A stretch of 60,255 bases of DNA, the filler included. It is 4 parts of 4 records of this genome, joined end to end, with 100 filler letters (N's around TTAATTAATTAA, not from the genome) between each part and the next. Parts side by side here need not be neighbours in the genome. Positions count along the whole stretch, not along the records: positions 35,739 to 53,067 come from SRR31156797_10919; positions 53,168 to 60,255 come from SRR31156797_10993; 2 more parts are not named here. One strand, given 5' to 3'. Under the pieces are notes generated by a model, which searched no databases, was not told where the DNA came from, and saw only the letters and a program-made list of their open reading frames with translations. This document shows, piece after piece, positions 52,274-60,255 of this stretch; the stretch's first letter is position 1, and the number at the start of each line of letters is the position of its first letter. A program made the translations under genes and the position numbers.

Positions 52274-52537
52274 ATGCAAGAAGAAGTATCAATAAAAGAA
52301 GCATCAAATTTTATCTCAAGTTGGGTTTCTGATTATAAAAAAGAACAAAAACAAGACAAATATCAATCTATGCTAGATAAATTTAGTAAAGAAGACTTAG
52401 TAAAAAACTATGAAGAGTTATTATATGAAAAATTTGCACTTGAAGATAAAATAAATTTTTTAAGAGATGAAAATAGAATTTTAAAAGTAGAGAATGAGCG
52501 ACTAAAAGTAAGTTTGTTAGTTTCAAATAAAGAATAA
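52274..52537 (+). CDS. Hypothetical coiled-coil protein
   Basis: 87-aa ORF, AAGGGG RBS, heptad pattern. Confidence 0.7.
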   Translation: MQEEVSIKEASNFISSWVSDYKKEQKQDKYQSMLDKFSKEDLVKNYEELLYEKFALEDKINFLRDENRILKVENERLKVSLLVSNKE

Positions 52538-52548
52538 AAGGATAAAAA

Positions 52549-52722
52549 ATGATTTTAAACATTGATATATTAAAAGAGATATCTTCTGATAAGATGAAAG
52601 ATATTGAAGAAGCAAATAGAATGATTATTGAAATTCAAAATGCTGATTTACCATCACAAGATAAAGAACTAAAAACTAAAGTTTTAAAAGACATTATTAG
52701 AAATATAAAAGAGATTTTTTAA
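52549..52722 (+). CDS. Small hypothetical protein (57 aa, below the ORF-track cutoff)
   Basis: AAGGA RBS; MILNIDILKEISSDK...RNIKEIF; followed by hairpin 52705-52734. Confidence 0.65.
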   Translation: MILNIDILKEISSDKMKDIEEANRMIIEIQNADLPSQDKELKTKVLKDIIRNIKEIF

Positions 52723-52950
52723 TATCTCTTTTATGTTAACCGAGATTGTTCAGAGTTTTGTATCAATAACTGATAGTTTTTAGAATTCTAAAATAGTTAA
52801 TCTTACTTAGTCAAGTTTGTTCCAAAAAGTACAGGTTATTGAACTAATCTTCAGATATAGAAACTTTATCATTTCTTTATCCTCTCAATTAGTTGTCTTA
52901 ATTTAGTGCACATATGCTATATTTATAAAATCTTATTTAAGGTTAAAATT

Positions 52951-53067
52951 ATGAATATTTCAAGATTAGACCATTTGGTTTTAACAGTTAAAGATATTGA
53001 TAAAACAGTAGAGTTTTATGAAAAATTAGGAATGAAGAAAGAGATTTTTAAAGAAACAAGAGTTGCT
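52951..53067 (+). CDS. VOC/glyoxalase-family protein, 3'-truncated
   Basis: RLDHLVLTVKDI..TVEFY..LGM. Confidence 0.85.
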
Positions 53068-53167
53068 NNNNNNNNNNNNNNNNNNNNNNNNNNNNNNNNN
53101 NNNNNNNNNNNTTAATTAATTAANNNNNNNNNNNNNNNNNNNNNNNNNNNNNNNNNNNNNNNNNNNN
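53068..53167. other. Artificial contig linker
   Basis: N44-TTAATTAATTAA-N44. Confidence 0.99.
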
Positions 53168-53169
53168 TT

Positions 53170-53493
53170 TATGGCCCGCTATTCTTCGGATCAACTACAC
53201 TTTTCCAGACCAAATTCGATGTACAAAGCGACCCGAACGAGGTAATTGTTGATTTTAAAGAATCCCGAATTATGGACCAGTCGGCTATTGAAGCAATTAA
53301 TAAACTTGCTGAGCGCTACCAAAAAGCAGGGAAAACCATTCACCTGCGCCACCTCAGTAAAGACTGTATTAAACTGGTGAAAAAGGCAGAAGCTATTTGT
53401 GATGTAAACGTTTTGGAAGATCCAAATTATTTTGTGGCCATAGACAATTACAACCGGATTATAAAAAAGTCGAAAACACCATTTGCCAGCTAA
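53170..53493 (+). CDS. SulP-family anion transporter, C-terminal STAS domain (5'-truncated)
   Basis: YGPLFFGS...VIVDFKESRIMDQSAIEAI...HLRHLS. Confidence 0.85.
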   Translation, partial: YGPLFFGSTTLFQTKFDVQSDPNEVIVDFKESRIMDQSAIEAINKLAERYQKAGKTIHLRHLSKDCIKLVKKAEAICDVNVLEDPNYFVAIDNYNRIIKKSKTPFAS

Positions 53494-53516
53494 GTAATTA
53501 TCAATTGATAAAACCA

Positions 53517-53565
53517 GGACCCGCGCTGTATTTGAACAAAGGATACAACGCGGGTCTTTTTTTTT
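53517..53565 (+). terminator. Intrinsic terminator
   Basis: GGACCCGCG...CGCGGGTCT plus U-tract. Confidence 0.8.
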
Positions 53566-53754
53566 GCAACTCTGCAAAAAGAATATTGTCATTTAAGTAG
53601 AAGCTTTTACGGATTAGCTTTCATTGTAGCCTGAAACGTGCTCAATGTTCAATTTTTGTTTCAGGCTGCTTTTTTGTATTTTTTTAATTTCAGTAATACT
53701 TTTTTGCAACCCCTTGTTTTTTGGATTGTCATTAAAGAAAATAACTCAACAAAA

Positions 53755-54954
53755 ATGAAACAGACACTTATACTTTTATTATCATTTTTTATATTGGATC
53801 AAAGTCTGGCCCAAAGTACTGGTACGCTAAAAACGGCTCCTGCCCAGATAACCCTAATCACTCCACTGGGAACAAACGGTAACAATTCGCTCAAAACCAT
53901 TAATTATTTTTCTTTAAATATAATTGGAGGTTACCATGCAGGATTAAACGGGGCCGAATTTGGTGGTTGTATAAACATGAACCGCGATTATATGGCCGGG
54001 TTTCAGTTTGCCGGTATTGCTAATTATACCGGAGCAGACGCGACTGGTGTTCAATTCTCGGGAATAATAAATTTGAACCTTGGTAAAGCGAGTATTTTCC
54101 AGTTTGCCGGTATCTTAAATGCCAATATAGGTTCAACACAGGGAGTTCAGGCTGCTGGTATTGCCAACTATACGATGGGCGACTCAAAAGTCATACAATT
54201 AGGAGGTATCGGTAATTATGCAGAAACAATATCAGGAGGTCAGATTGGTGGTATTACCAACTTTAATCTAAAAAAAATTAATGGAACTCAGCTGGCTGGT
54301 ATTGCCAACTTTTCTCAAAATATTGAAGGAGTACAAGTGGCAGGAATTTTAAATGTCACAGAATATTTAAAAGGAGTACAAGTAGCAGGAATTGTTAACA
54401 TGGCCAAAAATGTTGACGGGGTGCAGATTGGCGTTTTAAACATTGCCGACACGATAAAAAGCGGGACTCCCATTGGTATTGTTAGTTTTGTTCGCAACGG
54501 TTTTCGTGAGTTTGAAGTTGGTATTAGCGAGGGATTAAACACCTATGCTTCTTTTAAGATCGGGGTAGACAAATTCTACAATATCTTTAGTATCGGTACA
54601 CAATACCTCGGTGATTTTCGCTGGGGAGTGGGCTACGGTTTAGGAACACACTTGGTAAATGAAAACGACTTAAAAGTAAACCTGGAAGCTATGTCGTATC
54701 ACATTAACGAAGGGAGCGAATGGACCGATGCCTACAACGGACTGCAACAACTGAAATTAACTTTTGCCGGTGGTAAAAACGAAAAAATAAAGCTGTTTGC
54801 GGGTCCAAGTTTAAACCTGATGATTTCGAAATACAAGAAAAAAAATGGAAGTATAGGCTCTGATTTCCCTCCGTACCACTTTTACAGGGATAAAGGAAAC
54901 AAAACAGATCTAAAATTTTGGGCAGGATTTACTGCAGGTATAAAAATACAATAG
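53755..54954 (+). CDS. Exported Gly-rich repeat protein (GxQxAGxxN repeats, LA_2272-like) with C-terminal barrel-like region
   Basis: Signal peptide and many tandem G-x-Q-x-A/G-G-I-x-N units. Confidence 0.7.
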   Translation: MKQTLILLLSFFILDQSLAQSTGTLKTAPAQITLITPLGTNGNNSLKTINYFSLNIIGGYHAGLNGAEFGGCINMNRDYMAGFQFAGIANYTGADATGVQFSGIINLNLGKASIFQFAGILNANIGSTQGVQAAGIANYTMGDSKVIQLGGIGNYAETISGGQIGGITNFNLKKINGTQLAGIANFSQNIEGVQVAGILNVTEYLKGVQVAGIVNMAKNVDGVQIGVLNIADTIKSGTPIGIVSFVRNGFREFEVGISEGLNTYASFKIGVDKFYNIFSIGTQYLGDFRWGVGYGLGTHLVNENDLKVNLEAMSYHINEGSEWTDAYNGLQQLKLTFAGGKNEKIKLFAGPSLNLMISKYKKKNGSIGSDFPPYHFYRDKGNKTDLKFWAGFTAGIKIQ

Positions 54955-55011
54955 GGACGGAGAAATGTATTAGCAGCCTGTAACTGATATTCTTCCAGGG
55001 GATTCGGGCTG

Positions 55012-56061
55012 CTATTTCTTTTTCCGACTAAAAAAATGTTTTGAGTCTCCCCATTCTCCGTAACCTATTTCTGCGCCAGCCATATGAATACGAGCTTCAA
55101 GACAATTCCTGCACAATTCGGCATCTTCATCCAAACAGGGTTTATCTTCGTACAACTGATATTCTTCACGATAAGCTGTAGGAGTTAAATTCGGCATAAT
55201 AACATTGGCTCCAACCGACAGGGCCTTTTCCCGCCCAGCAGGATCGATCGCCTGGAGTGCTGTTGCAGCAGCAATATTAATATCGGGCATTAAAATGCGT
55301 AATACTGCAATCATATTTAACGCTAGATTGAAACGTTCCTGTTTTGTTTTTAACAGGTGCCTGTGTTCGTAAAGGGGTGTATCTTCATGTTCAATGTATG
55401 GCCCCATACCACACATATCAATATCAAGCTTTTTAAAAAACAATAAATCATCGGCTAAATGTTTATACGTTTGAAATGGCAAACCAATCATTACTCCGGT
55501 TCCAACCTGATATCCGGCTTCTTTTAGCGATTCCAGTGCTTTAATTCTATTTTCGAAAGAATGTTGATCATTCTTAGGATGAATCTTGTAATATAACTCC
55601 CTGTTTGATGACTCAATGCGTAGCAGGTAACGGTGTGCACCACTTTCTTTCCAGCGACGATAGGTTTCAGGCAATTGTTCCCCACAACTTAAGGTAATTC
55701 CCAGTTCACCCTTCGAAAGCTGCTTTATTTTTTTAAGTAAACTGTCTACTCTTTTCACAAAAGCCGGTGACGATAATTCTCCCGATTGAAGAACCACTGA
55801 TGCAAAGTTATTTTCCCATGCAAAACGACATGACTCCAGAATATCCTCATCGCTGACATCATAACGAAGCACTTTTTCGTTTCCTTTTCTAATGCCACAA
55901 TACAAACAGTCTTTAGCACAAATATTAGAGAATTCCACCAAACCACGGAAATAGACCTTTTTACCAACTTCTTTCTCTTTTACCTCTTTTGCCTCTTCTA
56001 AAAGATCGGTTCGTTCCTGCCCGTTGGTTTTTAGTAGCCTAATTATTTCTTGTTTATCCAA
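55012..56061 (-). CDS. hydE: [FeFe]-hydrogenase maturase HydE
   Basis: RGLVEFSNICAKDCLYC, YLLRIE, GANVIMPNLTP, YQLYEDK; next to hydG. Confidence 0.88.
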   Translation of the reverse strand: MDKQEIIRLLKTNGQERTDLLEEAKEVKEKEVGKKVYFRGLVEFSNICAKDCLYCGIRKGNEKVLRYDVSDEDILESCRFAWENNFASVVLQSGELSSPAFVKRVDSLLKKIKQLSKGELGITLSCGEQLPETYRRWKESGAHRYLLRIESSNRELYYKIHPKNDQHSFENRIKALESLKEAGYQVGTGVMIGLPFQTYKHLADDLLFFKKLDIDMCGMGPYIEHEDTPLYEHRHLLKTKQERFNLALNMIAVLRILMPDINIAAATALQAIDPAGREKALSVGANVIMPNLTPTAYREEYQLYEDKPCLDEDAELCRNCLEARIHMAGAEIGYGEWGDSKHFFSRKKK

Positions 56062-56221
56062 TGTCTTCTAATTTGTTGATGCAAAAATAAATGTTTTCTT
56101 TTCAAAATAGGGTAACAAAAACTTTTGCTCTTATGTTTTACAAGTACGCTGTATAACATAAGCCAACAAAACTTTTCTCATATCAACAAATGAATTTTAG
56201 TAGTACATTTGTCGCAATATC

Positions 56222-56367
56222 CTGCGGGAAGGTTACGGCTGACTTTAGGGAACAACCAAAATGATTACGGATTCATAGCATCGGATTAAAATGTTATCAA
56301 TTCGTATTCCTATAATTTCCGCAGCATATATTTACGAATCGGGTTTTAGTAGTTTTATTACTACTAA
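56222..56367 (+). promoter_or_regulatory. Structured 5' leader of the TM1266-hydG operon
   Basis: TACATTTG -7 box at 56204-56211, then four nested stems. Confidence 0.5.
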
Positions 56368-56386
56368 TCAAATACTTTGCAAATAA

Positions 56387-56632
56387 ATGAAACGATTAGG
56401 TTTTATCGGAATTATTATTGAAGATCGCCAAAAAACATCAACGCTGGTAAATAATATTTTAAGCGATTACTCAGAATTAATATTAGCGCGTACCGGATTA
56501 CCAAATGCCAAAGAAAACTATTCTGTAATCACCCTGGTAATAGATGCAACCACCGACGAACTCGGCATTTTAACAGGAAAACTGGGAAACATCAACGGTG
56601 TTTCTGTAAAATCAGGATTAGCAAAAAACTAA
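56387..56632 (+). CDS. TM1266-family putative iron-only hydrogenase system regulator
   Basis: RLGFIGIIIE, VNNILS, RTGLP, LTGKLG..GVSVKS. Confidence 0.88.
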   Translation: MKRLGFIGIIIEDRQKTSTLVNNILSDYSELILARTGLPNAKENYSVITLVIDATTDELGILTGKLGNINGVSVKSGLAKN

Positions 56633-56951
56633 ACCGCTGTGCTCTGACAGTATATCGGTACAGAATTGAATACCTGCCTGTCAGACAGGGAAATTAAAAG
56701 AACAATTAAGACACGAGATTTGAGAAAAAAACACACAGATCTCTGTACTTAAGAAATATCAGACGATTTAAAAAGATAATAGAAATTGAAGTAGCAGCAA
56801 TAAAACCTGACTGTCGTCCTTAAGGGAAGAGAACCATCGGGTAAGTTTGCAGAATTTCCTCCGATTTATCGGAGGTTTTAACCATAAACTAGATAATAGA
56901 AAAGGTTTGAAGAGCTTTACACTTTGAACCATAAACTTTAAACCACACCAT

Positions 56952-58343
56952 ATGTATAAAGTACCTGCCGATTTTATCAACGAAGCAAAAGTTTGGGAAG
57001 CACTGGAAACAAACCAAAACCCGGAACTTTCAAAAATTAGAGAAGTATTGGCAAAAGCAGCAGAAATGAAAGGCTTGAATGCCGATGATGTTGCCATATT
57101 AACGAGTATTAGCGATCCGGAAATGCTGGCTGAACTTTTTAACACCGCCAACAAAGTAAAAGACACAATATATGGAAAACGGCTGGTTTTGTTTGCACCG
57201 CTCTACATTTCAAACCTTTGCTCTAACGAATGTTTGTATTGTGCTTTCCGAGCCACCAATAAGGAAATAGATCGTCATGCACTTTCGCAGGAACATATCG
57301 CGCGTGAAGTAGAAGTTCTGATTAACCAGGGCCATAAAAGAGTATTGCTGGTGGCTGGTGAATCCTACCCAAAACAGGGTTTTCAGTATGTATTGGATTC
57401 AATACGCACAGTTTATGGGGTAAAAAACGAACATGGTGAAATCCGTCGGGTAAATATTAATGTTGCACCTTTATCCACTGATGAATTTAGATTATTGAAA
57501 GCCGAAAATATTGGAACATATCAAATCTTCCAGGAGACCTATCACCGCGAGACCTATAATAAGATGCACCTGGGAGGGAAAAAACGCGATTATAATTGGC
57601 GGGCCTGGGCATTACACCGGGCCATAGAAGCCGGAATCGATGATCTGGGCATAGGCGTTTTATTTGGCCTGTTCGATTATCGCTTTGAGATACTGGCCAT
57701 GATGCAACACATTAACGCCTTGGAAGAAAAATTCGGAGTAGGACCACATACAATAAGTGTCCCACGGTTAGAACCAGCCACCAACAGCGATATAGCATCT
57801 CACCCTCCTTTCCCGGTTTCAGATATTGATTTCAGAAAAATTGTTGCCATTCTTCGATTAGCTGTTCCCTATACCGGCATTATTATGTCGACACGAGAAA
57901 CAGCAAAAATGCGTCGCGAAACCTTTGCCTTGGGAGTTAGTCAAATCTCGGCCGGAAGTAAAACCAATCCCGGTGGCTACGAAGAAGAAGACCAGGTTTC
58001 AAGTCAGTTTAGTTTAGGCGATCACCGACCACTGGATGAAGTAATCCGCGATGTGGCTTCAATGGGATATATACCTTCGTTTTGTACCGCATGCTACCGC
58101 ATGGGACGCACCGGACAGGATTTTATGGATCTGGCAAAACCTGGCGACATTCGCCTGCATTGTGCACCAAACGGTTTAAGTTCGTTTAAAGAATACCTAA
58201 ACAATTATGCTTCGACTGAAACCCAGGAAGTTGGAAATAAGCTAATAAAGGAAACGATAGCAGAAATGAGCGGACTGGCTAAACAAAGAGCCGAAAAACT
58301 GGTAAAACGGGTAGAAGCTGGAAAAGATGATGTATATTGTTAA
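56952..58343 (+). CDS. hydG: [FeFe]-hydrogenase maturase HydG
   Basis: FAPLYISNLCSNECLYC, FQETYH, HTISVPR, C-terminal CxxCx22C (CTAC...HC). Confidence 0.93.
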   Translation: MYKVPADFINEAKVWEALETNQNPELSKIREVLAKAAEMKGLNADDVAILTSISDPEMLAELFNTANKVKDTIYGKRLVLFAPLYISNLCSNECLYCAFRATNKEIDRHALSQEHIAREVEVLINQGHKRVLLVAGESYPKQGFQYVLDSIRTVYGVKNEHGEIRRVNINVAPLSTDEFRLLKAENIGTYQIFQETYHRETYNKMHLGGKKRDYNWRAWALHRAIEAGIDDLGIGVLFGLFDYRFEILAMMQHINALEEKFGVGPHTISVPRLEPATNSDIASHPPFPVSDIDFRKIVAILRLAVPYTGIIMSTRETAKMRRETFALGVSQISAGSKTNPGGYEEEDQVSSQFSLGDHRPLDEVIRDVASMGYIPSFCTACYRMGRTGQDFMDLAKPGDIRLHCAPNGLSSFKEYLNNYASTETQEVGNKLIKETIAEMSGLAKQRAEKLVKRVEAGKDDVYC

Positions 58344-58385
58344 CTCAGAAAAGTAAGAAGCTCATACCAATCCAAAATCTCATCA

Positions 58386-59777
58386 ATGAAATATCGGAAA
58401 GAAGTTGATTTACTTGGCCAAAAGCAAATTCCGGCCAACGCGCTTTGGGGAATTCATACTGCACGTGCGGTTGAAAACTTCCCGGTTTCGCAACAATCCA
58501 TTCATCCGGAACTGATAAAAGCATATGGAGAGGTTAAACTTGCTTGTGCTCAGGTGAACAACTCTTTACATTTCTGGCCCGATAATCAAAAAGCGGATGC
58601 AATTGAAAAATCGTGTTTTGAAATGTGTCAGGGACTTTTGAGTGAGCACATTATTGTTGATGCACTTCAGGGAGGAGCCGGAACTTCAACAAACATGAAT
58701 GTAAATGAAGTTATTGCCAACAGAGCCCTACAAATTTTGGATGATAACACAGGTAACTACAAAAAGATTTCGCCACTTGATGACATCAACCTTCACCAAA
58801 GCACAAACGATACTTACCCCACCGCATTAAAAGTTGCTGCTATTCGGATTTTACGCAAACTGGAACAAAATGTATTGGACCTGCAAGAAGCCTTTCAACA
58901 AAAGGAAAAAGATTTTGCGCATGTTGTAAAGATTGGCCGCACCCAGCTGCAAGATGCTGTGCTTACAACTCTGGGGCGTGAAATGAGTGCCTTTGCCGAA
59001 GCATTTAATCGAGACCGGTGGAGAATTTACAAGTGCGAAGAACGTTTGCGGGTGGTAAATCTGGGTGGCACAGCAATAGGAACAGGATTAGGTGCTCCCA
59101 AACAATTTATATTTAGGGTGGTTGATAAACTACGCGAAAACACCAACATAGGATTGGCACGAAGCGAGAACCTGATCGACGCTACTCAAAATGTCGATGT
59201 ATTTGTTGAAGTATCAGGCATTTTAAAAGCCTGCGCCAGTAACCTCTTAAAAATAAGTAACGACATACGTTTACTGTCCAGTGGACCACATGCAGGAATA
59301 GGAGAAATTAACCTCCCCGAACTTCAGGCAGGCTCATCCATAATGCCTGGTAAAATAAATCCAGTAATTCCGGAAACAGTAGCACAGGCGGCAATTAAAG
59401 TTATGGGCAACGACCAAATTATTGCTCAAGCCTGCAGTTTGGGCAACCTGGAGCTTAACCAGTTTTTACCATTAATTGCTCAAACCTTGCTCGAATCATT
59501 TGACCTGCTTTCTGCTTCTTGTAAAATATTTCGGGAAAAATGCATTGCCGGAATTACAGTAAATGAAGAAGTATGTAATAGAAATGTTGAAAATTCGACC
59601 GCCACTATTACAGCACTTATTCCTCTGCTCGGCTACAAAAAAGCAGAAGAAGTAGGTAGTCTTGCGAAAGAAAAAGCAATAAGCATAAAAAAAGCGGTAA
59701 TAATGCTCGGATATTTATCAGCTGAAGCTTTTGAGGATTTGGTTTCTCCTGAGTCTGTGTGCCGGTTAGGAAATTAA
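58386..59777 (+). CDS. aspA: Aspartate ammonia-lyase
   Basis: QGGAGTSTNMNVNEVIAN, QSTNDTYPT, GSSIMPGKINP. Confidence 0.9.
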   Translation: MKYRKEVDLLGQKQIPANALWGIHTARAVENFPVSQQSIHPELIKAYGEVKLACAQVNNSLHFWPDNQKADAIEKSCFEMCQGLLSEHIIVDALQGGAGTSTNMNVNEVIANRALQILDDNTGNYKKISPLDDINLHQSTNDTYPTALKVAAIRILRKLEQNVLDLQEAFQQKEKDFAHVVKIGRTQLQDAVLTTLGREMSAFAEAFNRDRWRIYKCEERLRVVNLGGTAIGTGLGAPKQFIFRVVDKLRENTNIGLARSENLIDATQNVDVFVEVSGILKACASNLLKISNDIRLLSSGPHAGIGEINLPELQAGSSIMPGKINPVIPETVAQAAIKVMGNDQIIAQACSLGNLELNQFLPLIAQTLLESFDLLSASCKIFREKCIAGITVNEEVCNRNVENSTATITALIPLLGYKKAEEVGSLAKEKAISIKKAVIMLGYLSAEAFEDLVSPESVCRLGN

Positions 59778-59962
59778 CACCAATTCATTAACATCGCATT
59801 AACACCGCCATAACGCCCTCTACTACTGCATATTAGCACTCATCTAAAACATTAAGACCAAATTGTCTTTATTTTTACTTGGATTTGTTTTAAGTTGTTA
59901 TTAATATTGAGTCTAAATTAACACAAGGAGATTATTATTTTGAAACTTTAAAAATAAATGAC

Positions 59963-60255
59963 ATGAAAAAAGTATTATTTGTTTTAGCATTAGTGGCCGT
60001 TTATGGTGTATCACTTGCCATGACCCAAGCAACACTGAAATCGAATAACGAAACAGTAACAGTTGTTTCTGATTACGATGTTTCAGAGAAAGAAGAAGGC
60101 AAAAAAGCGAAAGGAGAAGCGAAAGGAGAAACGAAAGCAGAAGCCAGTGATAGCAAAGCAAAAGCTTGTTCTGGCGAAAAGGCTGCCAAAAGCGACTGTA
60201 GCAAAAGTTGCGATGGGAAAAAAACGGCTGAAGCAAAAAGTGATTGTAGCAAAAG
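59963..60255 (+). CDS. Exported Lys/Ala/Cys-rich low-complexity protein, runs off the window
   Basis: MKKVLFVLALVAVYGVSLA signal peptide; AKSDCSKS repeats; absent from the ORF track because it has no stop. Confidence 0.7.
   Translation, partial: MKKVLFVLALVAVYGVSLAMTQATLKSNNETVTVVSDYDVSEKEEGKKAKGEAKGETKAEASDSKAKACSGEKAAKSDCSKSCDGKKTAEAKSDCSK

Larger units (their letters stand above)
44662..52734. mobile_element. Tyrosine-integrase integrative element; right boundary not identified
   Basis: aroE fragment, arm-type repeats, int, xis-like gene, defence-like cargo, small ORFans. Confidence 0.75.

Noticed and set aside
52735-52900. Possible right att site or res-like site
   Set aside because: No match to the aroE junction or to the arm repeats; only weak symmetry
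54320-54400. DNA tandem repeat GGAGTACAAGTRGCAGGAATT
   Set aside because: Explained by the protein's GVQVAGI repeats
56952-58343. ThiH instead of HydG
   Set aside because: C-terminal CxxCx22C motif and hydE/TM1266 context indicate HydG

Overview
The window is not one replicon. It is four assembly contigs joined by artificial 100-nt linkers (44 N + TTAATTAATTAA + 44 N) at 15346-15445, 35639-35738 and 53068-53167. Contigs 1 (1-15345) and 2 (15446-35638) look like Bacteroidales-type housekeeping DNA: lon, pdxA, M17 and C1 peptidases, mqnC, a T9SS cargo gene, tyrS, a partial tRNA, a propeller/PP2C sensor, SSADH, U32, acyl-CoA synthetase, patatin-Omp85, pfk and a sirtuin. Contig 3 (35739-53067) is much more AT-rich, with sigma70 promoters and AAGGA ribosome-binding sites, consistent with Campylobacterota (Arcobacter/Sulfurimonas-like; inference). 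It holds an orphan PemK/MazF toxin with a convergent small-RNA unit between ~80-bp repeats, an EmrAB-TetR efflux unit and a GGDEF protein. It also holds a tyrosine-integrase element that appears inserted in the 3' end of aroE. That element carries a DSR2-like Sir2 protein, an adjacent PD-(D/E)xK-like protein, an excisionase, and a ~700-nt ORF-free, heavily base-paired region with a putative counter-transcript. Contig 4 (53168-60255) is Bacteroidota-like and carries a [FeFe]-hydrogenase maturation cluster (hydE, TM1266 family, hydG, aspartase) with a structured leader. The best candidates for undescribed biology are the large structured RNA/antisense module in the integrative element, the PemK plus convergent sRNA module, and the Sir2 plus nuclease-like pair. 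All calls are by eye; no searches or folding programs were run.
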